Positions 8,135 to 19,430 are shown, numbered from the stretch's first letter. The stretch: 24,000 bases of DNA from Candidatus Mycoplasma haematolamae str. Purdue (GCA_000281235.1 CP003731.1:199500-223499); one strand, 5' to 3'. Program-made: numbers and translations. Notes: a model not told the origin generated them from the sequence alone.

Positions 8135-11100
8135 TTGGAGAAGCAGATCTTAGAGGAGAGATTTCGTCTACTTCTAGTTGAGGAGTTAAAGCTTTTTGAC
8201 CAGAATGAATATACCAACTTAAGAAAGAAGGCAGAGGTTAGTGGTAGATTTTCTAAGTGTTGAGATAGGTTTGACGTCTTTATTAGATTCTTTGACGAGC
8301 CTCTTTTTAGAGAGCTAAATAGGTGCTTTAACTACTACTCCAAGGTTTGCTATATCCACGTAAGGCTTGACTATCTCTATAACACTTCTTCCCTTTACAA
8401 GCTACTCCTTAGTTGATTTGATCAATTCCTAACTGAAGAGAGGGAAGATTTCAGAATACCTCGACTTAAGGAGGGAAATATCATCTTTGACTTTCCTCAG
8501 CTGATCATTAGGGTAGATAGTGATGTTCAGGAGAGGTTTATCTCTCCTCATCTAGAAAATCTTAGGTCTTTTTTAGAGTACATCTTTAGTTATCACAGGA
8601 TTAGTCTCTCAGTCAAAAAAGTTGAAAGTATACCTATTAGCGTTAGTCAGAGTGCAGGAGTTGCACAGGCTCTTTTCGACTCTTCAGAGTCAACTGTCTC
8701 CTCTATGAGGGAGGAGCTTAAGTCGATTATTGCTACTCAGACGAATGAACACAAGGGGGTGTTTCGTCTCTACTGTATAGAAGAGGAAGAAGGTTACGGA
8801 GCTAAAAGGTCTAAAAGTTATCGAATAGGTTTCACTAACTTCTCCGATCACTACTACCTCTTATTGGGCTCCAAGGTTAAAGAGGACAAAAAGAAGGAGA
8901 TTTTAGATGTTCTGAGGTTAGAAGAGTGATATGAGATTGAATACACCCTCGACTCTGCTGAGGGAAGAAGGAGCAGCCGAGTGACTATGAAGTGTGACGG
9001 TTGGCTTATGTCTTGCACACCTACAGAACCTCCTGAAGAGTATCGATTAGTTGATGATTCTCCTAAAAAGGCTTTTCCCCTGAATGTCTACACCAAATAC
9101 TCTAGTTTTGACGGTCTCTTCAGCTCCGATGAGTGAGCTATCCTGGCATCCAAATTAGGTCACAGTGTCCTTGCTTTAACGGATTTCAATAACGTTCACG
9201 TCTTTCCTGAAGCCGAGAAGAGCACCAAAAAAAATGGGTTAAAGCCTCTGTACGGTGCTGAGGTGGAGGTAATTTCTGAAGAGCTACAGATATGTACTAA
9301 CCTAGACTCCCTAGAGGAGAGATTTAGAGATCCTGTTATCTATTCGATATTTGACCTAGAGACTACAGGACTTCACCCTCTATTTGATGAGATTATTGAG
9401 ATTTATGTAATTAAGTATTCAGGAGGAAGGGAGATAGATAGCTATCACAGCTATCTGAAATGTGACAAGGAGTTAACTACTCAGATAGTTGACCTAACCA
9501 ACATAACTGCCGAGAAGCTAGACATAATGGGCAGGCCCAAAAGAGAAGTTCTCTCAGAAGTTAGAGAATTCATGACCGGCACTGTCTTGATGGCCCACAA
9601 TGGCTTGGATTTCGACCTTCCTTTCCTGAATGTTCAAATGAAGCTAGCGGGTCTAGAACCTTTAGATCAACCCTTACTGGATACCATTTTGCTAGCTAAG
9701 GCCCTTGATGGAGAAAAGAAGTCTAAGTCGTTTACCTTACATTCAGTTGCCAAAAAACTGTCAATCCCTGTAGCTGAGCGAGAGTTACACTCTGCTGAGT
9801 ACGACACTGGCTGTTTACTCAAGATCTGAAAGGTCTGAGAGACTCTTCTTATAGAGAAGGGACTAGATCCCTATGTCTATGAGAATCTAGAGGGAATAAA
9901 TAACTACTTTAGTCAAAAAAGCCTAATTAGGAATTATTTCGGAAGTAACGTAATCCTATTTGCAAAGAATCAGCAGGGCATCTACGATCTATTCGAGCTC
10001 ATTTCGGCGGCCCACACAGAGTGTTTTGTTGAGCGACCTAGGCTGACCTGACAGCTAATTGACTCTAAGAGAAAGAACCTAATAGTCCTATCATCACCGA
10101 CTAACAGTGAGTTAATTAAAGCTGCTTTTAGAGATGATTTCAGCGCATTTGAACGCGAAGGAAGGAAGCTGGACTATGTTTCTATCCCCCCTCCCTCTAT
10201 GTTCCTTCATGAGATGAATAGATTTGACCTCTCTTTGGAGCAAATACAGGGAATCATCAGACAGTTGTACGAATGAGGGAATGATTGCAAGTTTAAGTTA
10301 GTTGCCAACTATTGTCTAAAGTTTCAGTACTACAGAGAGGTAGAGCAGTACAAGGTATTAGTTCACGCGAAGATCATTGGAGGCAAGAGACACCCTCTTC
10401 ACTCAACTAAGTTCAGCAATGATGTTCTTCCTGATTACTCCCTAAGACTTACCAAAAACTTCATAGAAGAATTCAGTTTCTTAGGCCTAAATAAGAAAGA
10501 AATAGATTCACTCTTCTTTAGATACAGGGAGGAGATAGTGAAGTCTATTTCCTCAGATATCCAGATCAATAAACCTAATCTTTCTCTGCCTGTAATTGGG
10601 GATGCATTGGCCCAAATAAATCAGCATGTTGACAGAAAGTTAACAGAGAAATACGGACCTAGACCTCACTCCTATCTGAGAAGTACCCTAGATAGAGAGT
10701 TAAAGGGAATTAAAGAAAATGGTTTTGAATCCGTCTTTTGATGTGCCCATCTCCTCGTTGAGAGGTCCAAGAAGGAAGGCTATTTGGTCGGTTCTAGGGG
10801 CTCTGTAGGCTCCTCTTTTTTAGCTCACATGCTAGATATTAGTGAGGTAAACCCTCTACCCCCTCACTATTATTGCAGCTGTTGCTCCCACTTTGTGCTG
10901 GTAGAGAGCTTCAAGGAGTCAGGTTTTGACCTCGAGCCTAAACGTTGTCCTAACTGTTCTATCCCTCTATTAACAGATGGTCAGACAATCCCCTTTGAGA
11001 CTTTTATGGGACTCGAAGGTAACAAAGTGCCGGATATCGACCTTAACTTCTCTGGTCAGTATCAACAGGAGGCCCAACAGTTTTTGAGAGAACTCTTTGG

Positions 11101-12478
11101 AACAGAACACACCTTTCGAGCAGGAACTGTCTCTGCTATTGCTGAAAAGACAGCATATGCATTGGCCCAAAATTATGTGACTGACAATAAGGTCCAATAT
11201 AACAAGGGAAAGCTTCACTGACTCTCCTGGAGACTAGCTGATGTAAAACGTACTACAGGACAGCATCCAGGAGGGATTATCGTAATCCCAAAGGGTCAGT
11301 CAATTTATACCTACACCCCTGTTAACTATCCTGCAAATGACACTGAAAGTGAGTGATTGACTACTCACTTTGACAAGGATGCTCTCAAAGACTCCCTCTT
11401 TAAATTCGACATATTGGGTCAAGATGATCCAACTATCTTAGCCTTACTTTCTCGATTTACAGGAGTAAGTCTTGACAAGATCAGCCACAATGACAAGAAA
11501 ATCCTAAGAATGTTTAGTGATATCTCAGTCCTAGAGATATCTCCCAAAGATCAGGAGCTCATAGGGGAGTCAATAGGCACAATAGGTCTACCTGAGTTCG
11601 GCACTGAAAAGACACGAGAGATTCTTAGGGCCTGCAGAGAGAAGATAAGGCACTTCTCTGATTTGATACGCATTTCAGGGATAAGCCACGGAAAGAATGT
11701 CTGAAAAAACAACATAGAGAAGCTCATCTCTGATCACAAACACGACCTTCATGAGGTAATTACCTGCAGAGATGACATTATGAATTACCTATTAGACAAA
11801 AAAATCAGCATTCAACAGTCTTTCAAAATTACTGAGAGTGTTCGAAGGGGAGGAGGAATACCCCAAGAAGATATAAGAATGCTCAAAGAGGCAAAGGTAC
11901 CGGCTTGGTATATAGAGTGTGCAAACAAAATTACGTATATCTTTCCTAAAGCTCATGCAACTGCTTATGTCTTGATGTGTTGAAAAATTGCCTTCTTTAA
12001 GCTCTACTATCCTGTTGAGTTTTATGCAGCCTACCTGACGATTACCAATAAGCACTTTGATATAGAGACACTGTTAACTAATGACTTGGTTACCATCAGA
12101 GACAAGTACTCTGAGTGCAAGCGAATCATTAAGAGCAGAATCAACAAGGAGAACATAGAAAAGACAAAGTATCTCGTGATTATCTATGAAGTTGCCCTAG
12201 AGATGATCTCCAGGGGAATTAAGTTCAAGATGGTTGACATCAACTCATCCCTAGCTTCTACCTTTAAGCCTGATCGAATGGCTAGAACTATCCAACTACC
12301 TTTTTCTTGTATCCCCGGATTAGGGATCATCACAGCAGCACAACTGGAAGAAGAGCGAGAAGAAAAGGGAGATTATGTCTCCAGAGAAGACTTAGAGTCT
12401 AGGGTGAAGCTGAATGTAACTCTGCTGAAATCCTTTGAAAAATTAGGGATAATCAGCCCTAGATCTTCTAAGAGTTAG
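8135..12478 (+). CDS. polC: DNA polymerase III alpha subunit, PolC type (about 1447 aa)
   Basis: Seven track fragments (8705, 9263, 10538, 10784, 11357, 11780, 12086) share one frame and join through [16 protein letters not shown]; DEDDh exonuclease FDLETTG / [12 protein letters not shown] / HSAEYD; [13 protein letters not shown]; Cys cluster CSCCSH..CPNC; [10 protein letters not shown]; [14 protein letters not shown]; [12 protein letters not shown]; GLPEFGT; [15 protein letters not shown] 8135 is the first canonical start after TAA 8099. TAG stop 12476-12478. Confidence 0.93.
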
Positions 12479-13029
12479 CTCTTTAGGTGAGAAATTAACT
12501 GATCAAGTACAGGAACTAAGTCAAAAACATAGGGATAGGTAATCGATAGTTCAAAGGCCTTTACCTTTTTAAACTCCTCTAGGCTAAAGATTTTTCTCTT
12601 CTTTTCCGACCTCAACTTAAGTAATTGGGAGTAACTTATCAATCAAAAGGAACTTTCCTTGTGAAGAAAGTGAATTAGGAGAAGAGAGATTCCTCCACAA
12701 GAGCTAATCTCTTCCAGTTGGGTCCACTGATGCTCCTTTAACAGAGATAAGCAAAATTCCTGTCTCTTAGTTTCTTTGAGTTCGATCCCAAAATACTTTC
12801 CTTTGTAGACACCATAGTAGTCTAGGTCTCCTTTAGAAATAAGTCGAATCCTAAAGCTATCTTCATCTAGCATAGAAAGAGACGACCTACCCCTCTTGGA
12901 AACGTGACTATATTCTGGATTCGACTTTCTAAAGTAGGCAATACCGTTACTCCTGTAATACTCTGAGGTATTCAACATCAATTGCTCTACTATAGAACCT
13001 CGATTATTGTGAGTGATGTATCTCCCCAT
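12475..13029 (-). CDS. recU: Holliday junction resolvase RecU
   Basis: NRGSIVEQLMLNTSEYY.., catalytic region DLDYYGVYKGKYFGIELKETK, then EHQW. Track ORF 12643-13029 extends through TGA (complement of 12643-12645) to TAA (complement of 12475-12477). Confidence 0.85.
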
Positions 13030-13068
13030 ACATACTGTTAATTAGGGTCGAGGACATAAGGAGAAGAA

Positions 13069-13992
13069 TTACTCCTCTCTTTCTTTAGTGAAGGCCCACA
13101 GTTTAGCGCTTCTAGAGGCTCAATTAAGCTCTATTTCTTGTCTAGTAGGCAAAATCACTCCCCCAACCCTTAAGGAAAATAAGGGAGATAAGACCAAACC
13201 TAAATCTGGGATCTTCAGAGTTTGGCCTACCTTCTTCTTTCAGTCAAGGAGTAGCTCATCTTCGAGGGATTGAAAGGTTATGACTAAGAGTCGACCTCCA
13301 GAAACAAGCAATTTAGAGGCTTTTTCTAGCGCTCTTGAGAAATTGTTAAGCTCGTTGTTACATTCAATCCTTAGTGCTTGAAATATGAGCTTTAAGGGAT
13401 TTTTGTTCCTTCTAGGGCTAAAGATCTTTGAGCCTTCTACCAGTTCTTTGAGCTGCTGAACATTGACTATTGGTTCTTTCTTTCTAGAGAGGACTAATAG
13501 AGAAGCTAATTGTCTGTGCTCCCTTATCTGACCGTAATTTCTAAAGATAGAACTTAGTTTGCCTTCAGAGTACTCATTAAGTATTTCGTAGACACTAGTT
13601 CCCTCGAGACCGTATTTCAGTTCCAAAGTAGATGAAGCATTGTTGTAGCTGAAACTCCTTTTAGGATCTCCTAGTTGGGCTGTTGAAAAACCTAAGTCGA
13701 AGAGGATCCCATCTGCTTTAGGTAATCCATTAGAGCTGATGTAGGAAGAAAGATTCGTGTAATTAGTGTTGAGGTATGTAAACCTAGAATCTTGCTTTTC
13801 TAACTCCCGTCCTGTTTCAACAGTCATAGGATCGATGTCAATTCCTAAGACCTTAGAGTCCGAGTCTAGGTGTCGTAAAAGCTCTTTAGTGTGACCACCT
13901 TCGCCAAAAGTACAGTCTACATAGAAGCCAGAAGGATTAGTGATTCAGTTTTCTATGACTTCTTTTAGTAGAACAGGAATATGTTTAATCAC
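13069..13992 (-). CDS. rsmH: 16S rRNA (cytosine1402-N4)-methyltransferase RsmH/MraW
   Basis: GTG start (complement of 13990-13992) gives VIKHIPVLLKEVIENW*ITNPSGFYVDCTFGEGGHTKELL..GIDIDP..DGILFDLGFSTAQLGDPKRSFSY..; C-terminus ..SRSAKLWAF. Track ORF 13240-13827 extends in both directions through TGA. Confidence 0.9.
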
Positions 13993-14039
13993 TCTTAGGG
14001 TTTAGTCTCTCCAACAGGAGAGACCTTTTAGCTCCCTCT

Positions 14040-14501
14040 CTAGATAGAGGTGTCTTCTGCAGGTATGTCTTTTGGCATCTTACTTTCCTTTCAACTTTCA
14101 AAGAGTTCTTTGGTTCAGATTTCGATATAGTCTCCTACTCCTACAAAGTACATAAGATTGTCGTGTTGAAACAAAGTCACCAGGTCTTCAGGTATCAACA
14201 TTCTGTGCTTAGAGTCTATGTCGATGGTTCTAGCTCCCCCTATAAACAGTCTCTTAGTTATCTGTCTATCTTCTTCAGTTTCACATTGTTCTATTTTTAC
14301 CTTAGAAAAATACTGAAAGAAGTCTGTCGTTCAGAGCGCGTGAGACCCGTCTTGGTTCTTAGTTATTATTGCCTTGTCCTTTAGTATGTGTTGTCACTGA
14401 ACAGGTATAGATACCCTTTTCTTTTTGTCTATTTTTTCAAAGTAGGTTCCTGAGAAGAAGTACCTATATACTATATTTTTTGTTTCCCCTTTGAGTGCCA
14501 A
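14040..14501 (-). CDS. mraZ: transcriptional regulator MraZ
   Basis: FFSGTYFEKIDKKKRVSIPVQW*QHIL plus second repeat IDIDSKHRMLIPEDL, the duplicated DxxxR MraZ motifs. Absent from the track because of in-frame TGAs. Stop TAG is the complement of 14040-14042. Start uncertain: TTG at 14501, or ATA at 14474 closer to the conserved N-terminus. Confidence 0.8.
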
Positions 14502-14514
14502 AGAGGTAGTTAGA

Positions 14515-14847
14515 TTAGGAGAGTTTCTTTACCTCTGATACTTCTAGTAAGGTATGTTTAGCTCTGAAACCCATTCGCTTTCTGTGTCTCTTCTGAGAAA
14601 TTATGTGTATTATATGTAGTTTCTTGTTCTTTATGTGCTTAACAACTTTACATTTTACCTCTAGTTTAGGTATGTAAGGATTGCCTACTTTGTCTTCTCA
14701 GAGAAGTACATTTTGGAAGGCTAATTCATCTCCTTCTTTAGAGTCTGAAAAGAAATCAGAGATGAGTTGATCTCCTACCTTACATAGATACTGTTTGTTC
14801 TTAATTTCAAAGCAAAGATTAGGGGTAGAGGCTTCTTTTTTAGACAT
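14515..14847 (-). CDS. rplU: 50S ribosomal protein L21
   Basis: MSKKEASTPNLCFEIKNKQYLCKVGDQL..FQNVLLW*EDKVGNPYIPKLEVKCKVVKHIKNKKLHIIHIISQKRHRKRMGFRAKHTLLEV matches the L21 pattern (GGKQY.V..GD, G.P.., K..V.KHGKGKK). ATG overlaps the upstream stop (TAATG on the minus strand at 14849-14845). Confidence 0.9.
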
Positions 14848-15692
14848 TAGATAAGACCATCTCTTGGGTATTCAAATTGAATAGATTCAAAGTCTTGACT
14901 GTCATATTCATTCATGCTTGTTAACTTTTCAAGGTCATCATGCTCCAACTTAACATCTCTTGCCTTGATGATTTCTGAGATCTCAGCTTCAGAACCAGGA
15001 ACTGCAATAGGAGTGATTTCGTGGTGCAGTAGGTAGGAAACTAACAGTGCCTTGAGTGATACATTGTATTTTTTAGCCATATTGACAAGAACAGGATTTT
15101 TCTCATTTTGGGCCAAATTACCGTAAGGAGTGTGACCTTGTATCTCTATGTTGTGCTTTCTACAAAAAGCTATTCTGTCTCATCTCATGTTGTTCACAGA
15201 ACACTCATATTGAACAATGTCAGGCATCACCCCTGTTAGTTGAAAGAATCAGTTAATTGTGTCCTTGTCAAAGTTGCATAGACCTATCTTCTTGGTCAAA
15301 GAGTTATTTTTGCAGTAGATAAGTTGCTTATAAGCAGAGAGGTTTAATTCCATATTGCTTGAAGGTCTGTGCAAGAAATATGTATTCATAATCGAATCAG
15401 CACCAATCTTGTTAAGAGAGAACTTCAATGACTTAACAATTCCTCCTGAGAACTGAGAAGGTCATACCTTTGACTGAAAGTAAGGAGTGAATTCAAACTT
15501 AGATTCAGCCCTTCTTAGGCCCTTTAGTGCAAGACCAATAATAGCTTCATTACCGTATTTTCAAGCACAGTCTACAAAGTCGTACTTGTTGTCGTTAGCT
15601 GCTTTTAGATAGGGAGAAAGAATTTCAATGATTCTTAGAGAGTCAGTTCCAAAACCTATTCTAGGTACGAAAGGTGTCTTTGCTGAAGACAT
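14847..15692 (-). CDS. aldo/keto reductase family oxidoreductase (281 aa)
   Basis: MSSAKTPFVPRIGFGTD..DFVDCAW*KYGNEAIIG..SKVW*PS..FLHRP.. (Asp/Tyr/Lys/His tetrad context). The C-terminal 89 aa is track ORF 14847-15116; several in-frame TGAs join it to ATG at the complement of 15690-15692. Confidence 0.85.
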
Positions 15693-15693
15693 T

Positions 15694-16128
15694 CTACCTC
15701 TTGGTAAATTGAGGACTTCTTCTAGCTTTGTACTTACCTATCTTTTTTCTTTCCTTTATCCTGCTGTCTTGCGTAAGTAAATTAGCCCTTCTGAGAGAGT
15801 TTCTCATTTCAGGATAGTAGGTAAGTAATGCCCTAGCAATAGCCAGAGTTAATGCTTTAGCCTGAGAACTTAAACCTCCTCCCCTAGGATATACCTTTAT
15901 CGAATATTTTTGCGACAGTACTCTAGAAGGTAGATAGGAAAAGGGACTCGTAATAATCGGATACAAGAACTCATCCTTAAAGTACTCATTAACAGTACTT
16001 TCTCTGTATGTTCCGTCTTTCTTTATATAGATATATAGTTCGTGTTGCTTCGTTCCTTCTATAGGAGTAAGAATGATGTTTACCCTACATTTCTTCCTTC
16101 TTGAACAGGCTCTGATCTCTGAACTCAT
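15694..16128 (-). CDS. rpsI: 30S ribosomal protein S9
   Basis: ..SRRKKCRVNIIL..YPRGGGLSSQAKALTLAIARAL..LLTQDSRIKERKKIGKYKARRSPQFTKR. Intact ORF in the track. Confidence 0.95.
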   Translation of the reverse strand: MSSEIRACSRRKKCRVNIILTPIEGTKQHELYIYIKKDGTYRESTVNEYFKDEFLYPIITSPFSYLPSRVLSQKYSIKVYPRGGGLSSQAKALTLAIARALLTYYPEMRNSLRRANLLTQDSRIKERKKIGKYKARRSPQFTKR

Positions 16129-16242
16129 TACTCTTATTTAAATTTCTCTATTTAATTTTCTTCTTAAATCCTGAAAATGAATGCTTTAAATTTTATTTCT
16201 TGGATTTTTAAAAAACCCAAAAATTTTAATACCTGGATATCT

Positions 16243-16269
16243 TTAGCAATCGAACAAGACATTTGCTAA
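16243..16269 (+). promoter_or_regulatory. CIRCE-like inverted repeat (candidate HrcA operator) upstream of lon
   Basis: TTAGCAATC-N9-ATTTGCTAA vs CIRCE consensus TTAGCACTC-N9-GAGTGCTAA. The outer hexamers TTAGCA/TGCTAA and the 9-nt spacer are exact; the inner triplets diverge. Sits 40 nt upstream of the lon ATG. Confidence 0.4.
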
Positions 16270-16272
16270 AAT
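16243..16272 (+). promoter_or_regulatory. candidate lon promoter: -35-like TTAGCA, 18-nt spacer, extended -10 TGCTAAAAT
   Basis: TGnTAAAAT at 16264-16272 with TTAGCA at 16243-16248, in the AT-rich 180-bp divergent intergenic region between rpsI and lon. Pattern match only. Confidence 0.3.
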
Positions 16273-16308
16273 AATCAGTGAATCGATATTTAGGCACTTT
16301 CTAAGGCT

Positions 16309-18771
16309 ATGTCTGATCTGGTAGCAACAGAACTTTTTTCTAATTCTTTACCTCTATTAATCTCCAGAAACTTAGTTGTTTTTCCCAACTCAAAGAACAT
16401 CATCGAGATAGGTAGAGAATGCTCACTAGCTTCTATCAAGTGTTCTATTTCTGACTACAAGGGAGAAATAGTGGTAGTTGCTCAAAAGGATTATGATGTT
16501 GACTTTCCTCTACCTTCTGATCTATATAAGGTAGGTACTCTTTGCAAGGTAACTGTCCTTAAGCAAAACAAAGATGAATCTTTAACAGTAGAGGTAGAAG
16601 GATTTCAAAGGGTCAAGGTATCTAGCGTCAAATTAGTTAAGTTAGCAGGTCAAGAAGAGTTAGGTCAAATGTGAATTTCTGAATACGAACTACTTAAGGA
16701 AAAAAACACTTCACTTGTAAAGAACAGGGCAGATATAGACCAACTGTTTAAGTACTTTGAAGAACTATTTGAGGTAGAGGGAGAGGACTATACAGAACTA
16801 AAGAAACTCTTTTCTACAGATGAAGCAGGAAAAGGTTCGGACCTCGACTCTTGTTCTGTTCTAATTGACAAACTGTGCAGCATTTGACCTCAAAACGAAA
16901 AAGATGGTGTAGATGTCAAGCAAAAGTGATTAGAGGAGTTGAACTTAACAAAGAGAATCTCCCTAATGCTTGACTATGAATATCTATCTGAAGCTGAAAA
17001 AGATGAGATTAACAGCTCTATTACCAAGAAGGTCAACAAAAACATATCTAAACAACAAAGAGAGTTCTACCTAAGAGAAAGGATTAAGGTAATCAAGGAA
17101 GAGTTAGGAGAGAGTGTTACTCGAGATGGAGAACTTCAGAAATTTAAGGAATGACTAAAGAAGGAAAAAGCTCCTGAGCACATAAGAAATAGGGTTCAAG
17201 AAGAGGTAAAGAAGCTGGAGTATTCTGGTTCTATTTCTACCAATGAATCTCTGATCATTCACAACTACCTAAATTGGATCATCTCTCTTCCCTGATCTAA
17301 GAGCTCAAAAGACCAAAAGAATGTCTGAAAGGTCAAGGAAGAACTAAATAAGAATCACTTTGGACTTGAGAAGGTTAAGGAGAGAATCTTAGAACATGTC
17401 TCTGTACAGAAGAGAACTAAGAATCCTCAGGGAACAATCATCTGTCTAGTAGGTCCCCCTGGAGTAGGTAAAACCTCTTTGGCTCAATCAATTGCTAAAG
17501 GTCTGAATAAGGTATGCATAAAGATCTCCCTAGGAGGTATGAGCGATGAAGCTGAGATTAGAGGACACAGACGTACCTATGTAGGGTCTTTGCCAGGAAA
17601 GATCATTCAGTCTCTAAAGAAAGCTAAGGTCAATAATCCTGTAATTCTCCTGGACGAGATAGATAAGGTAGCTAGTCACAGACACGGAGATCCCTTCTCA
17701 GCTTTACTGGAGGTTCTCGATCCTAAGCAAAATAAGCAATTCTCTGACAACTATATAGAGGAAGAAGTAGACCTGTCCAAGATCATGTTTATAGCTACAG
17801 CTAACTATGAGGAAGAGATACCTGATGCTCTGTCAGACAGACTAGAGATGATTCGTCTAAGCTCCTACACAGAAAAGGAAAAGTTAGAGATAGCTAGAAA
17901 TAGCTTGGTAGCTGAAGTTCTTGCAGAGAATGGACTTAAGCCAGAGGAGTTAGTTTTTGATGAAGATTCACTTAGATACATCATTCAGAGATACACTAGA
18001 GAACCTGGAGTAAGAGCATTAAAACAGGTTATAGCTAGGATAGCTAGAAAGTTTGTGATGAAGCAAGAGGAAAATAAGGATTTAACTGCAGAAGTCTTAA
18101 ATGAGGAAAAGATACGAGGCTATCTAGGTAAGGAAGACTTTGATGTAACCATTAAAGACACAACACCTGTACCTGGAAGAGTGAATGGTATGGCCTACAC
18201 AGCTTCAGGAGGTGACCTTCTTCCTGTGGAGGTCAATATCTTCCCTGCAGGAAAAGGAGAACTTTCTAGAACAGGGAACCTAAAAGAGACAATAGTTGAG
18301 TCTGTAGAGGTAGCTAAGAACTATATAAGAAAGAATTCAGAGGCTTTCAACCTAAAAGACATTAAGTGAACAGACTTAGATATTCACCTTCACGTACCTC
18401 AAGGGGGAGTGCCCAAAGATGGACCCTCTGCAGGAGTAACAATAGCTACAGCTTTACTCTCTGAGTTACTTCAAATCTCTATTCCTTCCGAAGTAGCTAT
18501 GACAGGAGAAATTACCACTAAAGGGATAGTAGAGCCTATAGGAGGACTGAAAGAAAAGATCCTTTCGGCTGTTCGAGGAGGAGTAAATACTGTTTTCTTC
18601 CCTAAGAAGAATGAAAAGGACCTAGAGGATATTCCTAAAGATGTGTTGGAAAAGATAACTCTGAAGCCTGTAGAGTACTACACAGAGATCTTTGATGAAC
18701 TCTTTGCTTCCAAGTTGATCATCTCTTCTGCAGGGACTAACCCTAAAGTGGCTAACAATCAGTATTCCTAA
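16309..18771 (+). CDS. lon: ATP-dependent Lon protease (820 aa)
   Basis: Four track fragments (16309, 16939, 17479, 18409) share one frame and join through TGA. Walker A GPPGVGKTSLAQSIA, Walker B VILLDEIDK, YLNWIISLPW*S, catalytic PKDGPSAGVTIATAL and MTGEITTKGIVEPIGGLKEK. Confidence 0.95.
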
Positions 18772-18857
18772 AAAACTTTCTAGGTAATGAGAGAAAAGAG
18801 AGAGGACTAATTAGCGCTTTAAGCTCTTAAAAAACCTTTAATTACCATTAAGTCGTA

Positions 18858-19430
18858 GTGTTAGGTTTCAAAGAAGTTGCAATAGCTGTTGCAGCTACTG
18901 GAGCAGCAGGTAGTACTGTTGCGACTGCAGTTGCTTTGAATTCCAATCAGGATGTAGGTGTTTCAACTAAATCTGTTACCAACCCCAAATCGGAAGAATC
19001 TTTACTTTGAAAAAAGGAAGAAAAGCCAAGTTCACCTAAAGAATCTGATAAACGCATAACTACTTTCAAGGTTTCTAAGGAAATGGGCTATGGCACTTGA
19101 ACCAGAGAACTTACCTGTAAAGCAGATAAAGATAGATATCCAACCTTACTTCTTTGAAATCATGATAGGCAAGAAGTAATTCTTTTCTGTAATAGTTCCT
19201 TTCGAGAAACCAAGGACTTTCAACTAAACGAATCAGGTGTTAATGTGACTTGCAAAAAATCTGAAGGCTCAGGAGATTATTCATCAGAGTTCAATTGCGA
19301 AGTAGTTAGTCCCAAGATTTGGACTGTAAGATCAGATTATAGAAATGGTTTAGCTTTGATCTTTAAGTTAAAAAAGAGCAGATATCTTACTCATATCGGA
19401 GAGGACATAATCCATGATGATTGGCTATAA
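18858..19430 (+). CDS. family member Z: small membrane-anchored or secreted protein with a Gly/Ala-rich hydrophobic leader and a 4-Cys domain (190 aa)
   Basis: GTG 18858 is the first start after TAA 18849. MLGFKEVAIAVAATGAAGSTVATAVALNSN.. Three in-frame TGAs (19008, 19098, 19155) link it to track ORF 19245-19430. The leader is near-colinear with that of the gene at 23750 (MIFKELAIGVLGLGAVGGTVTTVTLSNSS). Confidence 0.7.

Noticed and set aside
10970-12055. Minus-strand ORFs 10970-11218 and 11792-12055
   Set aside because: Both lie antisense within highly conserved polC segments.
8135-12478. Interpretation of the fragmented polC, lon and coiled-coil ORFs as pseudogenes or a degraded genome
   Set aside because: All interruptions are TGA, all fragments stay in one frame, the catalytic motifs are intact, and TGA aligns with conserved Trp. 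This is a genetic-code effect, not decay.
13088-13273. 61-aa plus-strand ORF in the track
   Set aside because: It is antisense to the conserved C-terminus of rsmH (..SRSAKLW..).
14163-14384. 73-aa plus-strand ORF in the track
   Set aside because: It lies antisense to mraZ, which has both DxxxR MraZ motifs. It has no recognisable features.
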